Assembly (NCBI GenBank): GCA_031367385.1
Contig: JANLPS010000184.1
Location: forward strand, 1-13,500
Length of the DNA: 13,500 bases
Direction: 5' to 3'
DNA from: Archangium sp.
Lineage (GTDB): Bacteria > Myxococcota > Myxococcia > Myxococcales > Myxococcaceae
Shown here: piece by piece, positions 8,107 to 13,500 of the stretch
Position numbering within the stretch: the stretch's first letter is position 1
Layout: each line of letters starts with the position of its first letter
The notes under the pieces: model-generated
The model's database searches: none
Seen by the model: the letters and a program-made list of their open reading frames with translations, nothing else
Told to the model about the DNA's origin: nothing
Translations under genes and position numbers: made by a program

Positions 8107-8133
8107 TGTCGGATGACCGGGCCGAAAAGGTGC
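8107..8133 (-). promoter_or_regulatory. Putative alternative-sigma promoter motif upstream of the 131-aa ORF
   Basis: Minus strand reads GCACCT-N15-CCGACA-N7-ATG(8099). Architecture and 7-nt spacing to the ATG match the motif upstream of the ORF starting at 602. Confidence 0.38.
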
Positions 8134-8171
8134 CTTGGCGCGTGAAAAAGCGAACGGTCTCGGTCACTTCG

Positions 8172-9431
8172 CTAGTCGACCCAGGTCGGCGGAGCCTTCA
8201 CTTCGACGCGCACCTCGGCGGGCGTCATCACCGCCTGCCCGATGAAGCCCTCGTCGCCCCAGATCGACCACTCGGCGACGTCACCATCGTCGGGCCGGGG
8301 GTCGACGCGGAGCCTCAAGGTCGTCGACTCGGTGTACGGGCGCGGCCACCGCCCGATTCGACGCCGGTTCCACCCTTCGACGCGGTTGAGGGTCACCCGG
8401 TCGTGCGACAAGAACAGCTCGAACTCGTCGAGCCCTTTGTCGCGCGAGGCCGTCAACCCAAGCAGGGGAAAATTTTTGAACTCCAGCTCGAGCTCATCGG
8501 CCGGTTGCTGCGAGCCTGGAGCGGGTGCCCGCAGCCACCGGCCCGAGTCGGTACGAACCAGCTCCTCTGGGTAAAACGTCTCTTCGCGCCGGGCGAACGA
8601 GGCCAGCCAATCGGTGCGCGGCGTCAGCCCGGTCTGGGAGTCGTACTGAGAAATCACCTCGAGCTTGAAGCTCGGCTCGACGGGCAAGCGCTCGCGCGGC
8701 AGGTATTTTTCCATCGGGGGCGGCAACGGGGGCATCGCCTCGCCGGGCCGAAAGGGCACCTCGCAGTCGCCTGGCCAGCAACGGCCCGCGTGAATGATGC
8801 CGCGGTGCACGCGCGGCGGAGCGATGTCGACGCGGTCGAGCGCTCGTCGAAAGTAGGCGTAGGTCGCGGCGTGATCGGGGTGATCGTCGATGCCGTGGGT
8901 AATGTAGACGTCGCGCGGCCGCAGCCGGGTCAGCAACGCGGCCAGGTCTCCGGTCAGCGCGTCGGCGGTGTACTCACCGGGGCGGCCGGTTCGGGCCGTG
9001 TGCTCGTCTGCGCCGTTCGCGCCGCGAGTCGCATAGGTCCACGCGGTCTTCACGCAGCGGCCGTCGGTGGCCCGGCGCTCGAGCAGCGGCAACGAGGTGG
9101 GCCCCATGATGCCCAGGTCGCCGTCGGGGTAGCCCAGAAAGTGCACATCGCCTTCGGGCACGCCGACTAGGCGCATCGCATCGATGGTCTCTGCCTCGCG
9201 AATGTAGCCGTTTCGCTCGCACGAGAGATCGCCGTTGGTCATCAAGATCACCGCGACGTGTTGGCCGCGGGCGACGGCGCGCCGCATCACACCGGCGGCG
9301 AGCAGGGCTTCGTCATCGGGGTGTGGGCCGATCACCAGCACGTCGACGTCGTACTTCGCGGTGCCGGGCGCCGATCGCTGCACCGCGCAGGCGCAGAGAA
9401 GCAGGCACAGCATTGAGACGCGGTGAATCAC
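8172..9431 (-). CDS. PIG-L/LmbE family de-N-acetylase, probable lipoprotein, with a C-terminal beta-rich extension (~419 aa)
   Basis: Motifs VLVIGPHPDDEAL, MTNGD, REAETIDAM, FLGYPDG and DDHPDH, matching the Zn-binding HxDD and HxDH motifs. The N-terminus MIHRVSMLCLLLCA-C is lipobox-like. Start is GTG 9431 (alternatives ATG 9413 or ATG 9479); the ORF-track extension to 9956 overlaps the divergent gene. Confidence 0.9.
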   Translation of the reverse strand: MIHRVSMLCLLLCACAVQRSAPGTAKYDVDVLVIGPHPDDEALLAAGVMRRAVARGQHVAVILMTNGDLSCERNGYIREAETIDAMRLVGVPEGDVHFLGYPDGDLGIMGPTSLPLLERRATDGRCVKTAWTYATRGANGADEHTARTGRPGEYTADALTGDLAALLTRLRPRDVYITHGIDDHPDHAATYAYFRRALDRVDIAPPRVHRGIIHAGRCWPGDCEVPFRPGEAMPPLPPPMEKYLPRERLPVEPSFKLEVISQYDSQTGLTPRTDWLASFARREETFYPEELVRTDSGRWLRAPAPGSQQPADELELEFKNFPLLGLTASRDKGLDEFELFLSHDRVTLNRVEGWNRRRIGRWPRPYTESTTLRLRVDPRPDDGDVAEWSIWGDEGFIGQAVMTPAEVRVEVKAPPTWVD

Positions 9432-9590
9432 GTATGCGGGGCGTAGACCATTCTCTGCGTGCTCGCGCAACGAGGTCATCAGGTCACCACCCCACCGCAG
9501 GCCCAGCGAGCGAATGAACGCGACTGTTTCTCGGCCGTGACGCACGGACGGCCTTCGAACTGGGGCGAGTGAGATTTCAGCGGCTTGCCT

Positions 9591-9607
9591 CTGGCACACG
9601 AGGTGAA
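9591..9607 (+). promoter_or_regulatory. Possible sigma54-type -24/-12 element with a non-canonical -12
   Basis: CTGGCAC-ACGAG-GTGAA: perfect -24 (TGGCAC), but GTGA replaces TTGC at -12. It ends ~14 nt before ATG 9621. Confidence 0.25.
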
Positions 9608-9620
9608 GGGCCGCGCCGCC

Positions 9621-10721
9621 ATGTTCACTCCAATCAATCGCAGCGTCGGCAGGCGGGTCGCAGTGAATGGGCTTGAAGCGAACGGGGCGCCGCCTCCTCC
9701 ACCGCCCGAAGACGTGACGTTTCGCCAGATGACGGCCCTCTGCCCCGAGCTCGAGTCGGCGATTCCTCCCGGCTGCAGCACGCCGGCATCGAAGGCCTTG
9801 TATGTGATGAGCCATCACCTGCTCGCAAAGCAGCTCAAGGGGGCGCCGATGACGCTGGCCCTCGGCAAGGGGGCCTCGATTTCGCTGCTCGCGACTGGAG
9901 CGCTCGAGCTCAGGCCAGGCCCCGGCGGCGCGGTGCTTCGATTGAATAACCGGCACGACGATTTGGGGCGCTTGCTCGACGGCGCGGCGAAGCAGTCGCC
10001 CGAGCAGCCGAGCCCGTACGTGGCGGCATCGAAGATTGGGCTCGAGGCGACCTTGAGCACGGCCGTCGCGAAGTACTACGCCAACCCTTCGTTCGATGGC
10101 GGAGCTGAGGCCAAGAACACCCGCGGGCAGAACACCTTCGCGTACGCGACCATTCAGCAGGTGCTGGTGTCAGATGACCCAACCCAGCGCGGGCTCGAGT
10201 GCCTCGGGTCGGCCGATTTTCACCTCTACAAATCGATGGGCCTCATACCCCCTGAGCTGAGCCGCGAAGAGGTCGAGCGCCGGTACACGTCGATTCACGG
10301 CGCCTCGACGCACCCCACGCCTCGGCTGGGGCCCGAGTTCGACCTGGCGCTCCGAGGCATACCCTCTGCCAAGGGGTTTGGGCCTCGCGACGCGGCGGAG
10401 TTCGCCAATGCTCTGCGCGCAGATGATTGGGCCAAGCTGACCTTGGCGTCACATGGTACGTATGCGTATCAATCGTTGCCGAGCATCGGTGCGGTGGCCG
10501 CGCACCTGGGTCGCGGCGGCTCGGCGGTGCACGCCGCCTGGGCCGACGGTGGGCATCACTTCGTCTTGAGCGGCGCGAGCGCGCAGAGTGGGCACATGAC
10601 CGTGAATCAAGACGACTCGCTGCGAAGCGAGCCGCCGCGGCGACCCGCCAACGGAGAATGGCCGAATCGGGTGGCGTACGACCCGAGCGAGCACACCCGG
10701 TTTTGGGCGATCGTGCGGTGA
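9621..10721 (+). CDS. Hypothetical protein, 366 aa, with a possible papain-like (C39-type) Cys-His-Asp domain in the C-terminal half
   Basis: ATG 9621, GC3-biased codons and a poly-Pro N-terminal region. Motifs QRGLECLGSA, GGHHFVLSG and VNQDDS appear in papain-fold order. The CDS is well supported; the function is inferred. Confidence 0.75.
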   Translation: MFTPINRSVGRRVAVNGLEANGAPPPPPPEDVTFRQMTALCPELESAIPPGCSTPASKALYVMSHHLLAKQLKGAPMTLALGKGASISLLATGALELRPGPGGAVLRLNNRHDDLGRLLDGAAKQSPEQPSPYVAASKIGLEATLSTAVAKYYANPSFDGGAEAKNTRGQNTFAYATIQQVLVSDDPTQRGLECLGSADFHLYKSMGLIPPELSREEVERRYTSIHGASTHPTPRLGPEFDLALRGIPSAKGFGPRDAAEFANALRADDWAKLTLASHGTYAYQSLPSIGAVAAHLGRGGSAVHAAWADGGHHFVLSGASAQSGHMTVNQDDSLRSEPPRRPANGEWPNRVAYDPSEHTRFWAIVR

Positions 10722-10743
10722 AGGTGCGCTAAGTCGCTTGCGC

Positions 10744-11433
10744 ATGGCAGCGTTGATTTTTTCACCGGGGCCCCACCCCTCCTCAGTTCGAGACGCTCGC
10801 GGGCAGGTGCACCCGGTGCCCGCAGGCTGGCAGTGCCTGCCGCCGGGAGACCCAGGGTTGACCCGGCGCGTGAAGGCCTTGGGCGAGACCTGGGCAGTCA
10901 TCGAGAAGCTGGGCCGAAAGACGTTTTCTCGAGGGGTTTGGGCGCCTGCGGAGGCGATCGCAGCCGCGCGGCAGAGGCTCGAGGCCGAGCGGCAGACGCC
11001 GGCTTACGCGAAGAAACGCGCCGCCGACGTGCAGCGCCGTGGAGTCGCGCAGCAGCGCTACGTGGCCGACTTCGAGGCCGAGGTGCTGGCCTTCTTGGCG
11101 TTCTCTACTGAATACGCCGCACTCGAGAAAGCCGTGGCCAAGGCCGTGACGGCGCACGCGACGCCCGTCGGCAGCGGCACGGTCGCGCGCACCAAGCGAA
11201 TCGGCATCGACGAACGGGCCGAGGCGGCGGTGATCGCCTGGCTGCGACATCAGACCACGGCGTACGACTCGATGACGGTGGCGCGGGTCAAAGGCGCGCG
11301 CAGAGAAGTACGGCGCCGGCTCGCCGAGATATCGCGAAAGCTCCTGTCGAGGCATCGCGATGGAGTGCACGAAGTCGCGTCGTGCCCGCTCTGCCGATTC
11401 GCCGATGGAGCCATCAAGAGCCGCTCGGCCTGA
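10744..11433 (+). CDS. DUF2293 domain-containing protein, 229 aa
   Basis: Characteristic segments LPPGDPGLTRRVK, GRKTFSRGVWAP, HATPVGSGTVART and AAVIAWLRHQTTAYD...GARREVRR. Confidence 0.85.
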   Translation: MAALIFSPGPHPSSVRDARGQVHPVPAGWQCLPPGDPGLTRRVKALGETWAVIEKLGRKTFSRGVWAPAEAIAAARQRLEAERQTPAYAKKRAADVQRRGVAQQRYVADFEAEVLAFLAFSTEYAALEKAVAKAVTAHATPVGSGTVARTKRIGIDERAEAAVIAWLRHQTTAYDSMTVARVKGARREVRRRLAEISRKLLSRHRDGVHEVASCPLCRFADGAIKSRSA

Positions 11434-11488
11434 AGCGCTCCAAGAATGACCGTGGGGCACGAACGGAGAGGTAACTTGATGCCGCCGC

Positions 11489-12022
11489 GTGTATGCCCCT
11501 GGCGTGACATCAAGCCCCTCCGGCGGCGAGCCCAAGGTCCTCGACACCGCCGAGTCGATCATCATCGATGGCGCCAACGGCGTGACCCCGGCCCCTCGCC
11601 ACGCCTTCCCCGACGCGGGAGTCTCGTTGGGGCTCGCGGTGCTTGTCGTGGTGGCGACCCTGGCGTTGCGTCGTCGGCCGTTCACCACATGGGCGCTGCC
11701 TGTGCTGCTGCTCCTCGCCGCCGTGCCTGGCCTGGTGCACGTGGTGGCGCTGAGGGCCGACGCGCCGCTCGAGCGCCCGGTGCTTGCCGCCAAAGTCGAT
11801 CAAACCCTCGACGCCATGCAGCACGCCGTGCCCTGGCCGCGCCCGGTGCATGTCGCTCGCGAAGAAGACGATGTGCTGTACCCCTTCGTGCGCTACGCGG
11901 TGCCAAGCCGCTCCGATTCGGCCCCTGGGGTCATCGAGCTCGAGGTCGCGGGTGAGCACCTCCCCGCCAAATGCCGCGTCGAGGCGCCATCGGGTCGCGT
12001 CTTCTGTGGTGACGCCCCGTGA
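11489..12022 (+). CDS. Hypothetical membrane protein, ~177 aa, with two TM helices and a small C-terminal extracytoplasmic domain
   Basis: Hydrophobic segments GVSLGLAVLVVVATLAL and WALPVLLLLAAVPGLVHVVAL flank RRRP. The stop overlaps the next start (GTGA, 12019-12022). Start uncertain (GTG 11489 or 11504). Confidence 0.7.
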   Translation: MYAPGVTSSPSGGEPKVLDTAESIIIDGANGVTPAPRHAFPDAGVSLGLAVLVVVATLALRRRPFTTWALPVLLLLAAVPGLVHVVALRADAPLERPVLAAKVDQTLDAMQHAVPWPRPVHVAREEDDVLYPFVRYAVPSRSDSAPGVIELEVAGEHLPAKCRVEAPSGRVFCGDAP

Positions 12023-13221
12023 TCAGCCTGCTCGGTCTGGCCCTCATTCACCTGGCCGGCGCCGCGCTGCGAGCGGCCCTCACCAGCCGCGCGTTCACCC
12101 AAGTCGTCCGCTCCCCCGCCTCGGGCTGGTACGCGGTGGTGCTGCTCTACGGCCTCTCGCTCGGAGCGCCGGGCCTGGTCTGCATCGCCGCACTTCTCGC
12201 CTGGCTGCGTTTCAGCCGCCCCCGCCCCGCCCCCAGCGCCCCGGTCTTGCCCCTCTCGTTTTGGCTCACCCTGGGCACGCTGGCGGCCTTGATGCTTGCG
12301 CGCCCCTGGGTCCCCACCCAGTGGGACGAGTTCGTCTGGCTCGCCAAAGCGCGAATCGAATCAACGGGCTTCGCGACCGCGGCCACCGCATCGCTCGACC
12401 CGGCCCAAGACCTCGTGCCCTCGGGCTACCCACCCCTGTGGCCCTCGCTCGTGGCCTGGCTGTCACTGGGCGTCGACTCCGTTAGCGCACACGTCGGCGC
12501 GGCGAGCCTGTTGCTCGTGCTCTGCGTCGCGACCGCCCTCGAGACCTGGTGGTCGCGGCTTCGCTCCGGCCACCCACTGTTGCTGATCGCGGTGCTCGCG
12601 ACGCCCTTCGTCTGGGTGCATGCCCGCTCGACCTACCTCGACCTCCCGGTCGGTTTGCTGGCCGTGGCGCTGTTGGGCCTCGCCCTGGCCGAAGACCTGG
12701 TCACCGCCACGGTGCTCGCGGTGGTGCTCTGCGCCCTCAAAGACGAGGGCATGGTGCATGTCTTCGCGGCCACCGCCGCGATCTGGGTCACGGCACCGGT
12801 TCGTTCATTCAAGCTCCTCTCTCTGCTGCTCGTCGGCGGGCTGACGGCAGTGCTCTGGCGCGCGTTGCTCCACGTTCACGGCATCGCCAATGTCGATCAC
12901 GCCCCGACGACGCCCCTGTGGCACTGGCTGCCGCAGGCGCTGACCCTCACGGCCTTTCACGCGAGCGATCTCTGGTCATGGGGCGTCTTCTGGAGCATCG
13001 CGCTCGCGCTCTCGCTGCTCCCCACCGAAGACCGAACCCTGCGCGCTCTGCGCTGGGCGCTGGCGGTGAACCTGGTGCTCTCGACCGGGGCGTTGCTCGC
13101 TGGCCCCGAGCAGGTGCGGGTCTTCGCCCAGAACGGCACCCTGCTCAATCGCCTGCTGATGCAGTGGTGGCCGGTGGCGGCGGTGCTCGTGCTCGAGAGC
13201 CGGCGCCAGGCACCGAAATGA
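12019..13221 (+). CDS. Polytopic membrane protein, probable GT-C-fold (lipid-linked-donor) glycosyltransferase, 400 aa
   Basis: About 11-12 hydrophobic segments. Loop motifs PTQWDEFVWLAKAR (acidic pair after a TM helix), GYPPLWP, YLDLP and LKDEG are typical of uncharacterised ArnT/PMT-like GT-C proteins. Confidence 0.75.
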   Translation: MISLLGLALIHLAGAALRAALTSRAFTQVVRSPASGWYAVVLLYGLSLGAPGLVCIAALLAWLRFSRPRPAPSAPVLPLSFWLTLGTLAALMLARPWVPTQWDEFVWLAKARIESTGFATAATASLDPAQDLVPSGYPPLWPSLVAWLSLGVDSVSAHVGAASLLLVLCVATALETWWSRLRSGHPLLLIAVLATPFVWVHARSTYLDLPVGLLAVALLGLALAEDLVTATVLAVVLCALKDEGMVHVFAATAAIWVTAPVRSFKLLSLLLVGGLTAVLWRALLHVHGIANVDHAPTTPLWHWLPQALTLTAFHASDLWSWGVFWSIALALSLLPTEDRTLRALRWALAVNLVLSTGALLAGPEQVRVFAQNGTLLNRLLMQWWPVAAVLVLESRRQAPK

Positions 13222-13408
13222 CCCAGCTGACGGGCCGACGGCGCGATCCACACCCGGTCGTCATTCGCTTCGACGATGAACAGCGCGACTCTCGTTGGTT
13301 CCATCGTTCAGAGAGGTACCACGCGGGTCTGACATGTCCTCCTGAGGGGTGAGCGACCGGCAGGGCAATCGCATCATCCGTTTTCAGTCATCTCGGTAGT
13401 TTGGCGGC

Positions 13409-13500
13409 ATGCAAGCGAGAGAGACGTGCCTTCGGGTCGCTGTGAATTCATCGAGCGTGAAGTCGGTGGGCTACGACGCGGCGCTTTCGACGTTGGACAT
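13409..13500 (+). CDS. KTSC domain-containing protein (5' part, truncated by the window end)
   Basis: Not in the ORF track. ATG 13409 translates to MQARETCLRVAVNSSSVKSVGYDAALSTLD..., matching the KTSC N-terminal pattern R-x-x-V-x-SS-x-[IV]-x-S-[IV]-GYD-x4-TL. Confidence 0.85.
   Translation, partial: MQARETCLRVAVNSSSVKSVGYDAALSTLD

Noticed and set aside
9432..9956. N-terminal extension of the 594-aa PIG-L ORF
   Set aside because: It overlaps the divergent 9621 gene and the promoter gap, has non-protein-like composition, and a lipoprotein signal begins near 9431.
13218..13352. 44-aa ORF (MTQLTGRRRD...) overlapping the GT-C-like stop by ATGA
   Set aside because: It is short, with weak codon bias and no recognisable motif, and the overlap may be chance. 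Not excluded, but unsupported.
1..13500. CRISPR array, tRNA/rRNA, IS/transposase/integrase, clear Rho-independent terminators
   Set aside because: No regularly spaced repeats, RNA-gene signatures, recombinase motifs or convincing hairpin-plus-U-tract were seen by eye. Frequent CTCGAG/GTCGAC hexamers reflect Leu-Glu/Val-Asp codon usage.

Overview
GC-rich bacterial window with densely packed genes. The composition and gene content suggest Myxococcota/Deltaproteobacteria, but that is an inference. It holds about 10 complete CDSs and the start of a KTSC-domain gene, with no rRNA, tRNA, CRISPR array or transposase recognised. The core is a minus-strand gene pair: a 1160-aa single-pass membrane protein (signal peptide, Cys-rich ectodomain, TM helix, cytoplasmic STAND-type P-loop ATPase) overlapping by ATGA a hyaluronan-synthase/NodC-like GT2 with variant catalytic motifs. 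Nearby are a divergent LtaS/MdoB-like alkaline-phosphatase-superfamily membrane enzyme, a PIG-L de-N-acetylase lipoprotein and a GT-C-like membrane protein. Together they suggest a receptor-ATPase-linked surface glycan synthesis and modification system. Interspersed orphan genes include a probable papain-fold Cys/His/Asp protein, and two of them share a bipartite, sigma28-like upstream motif at leaderless spacing.
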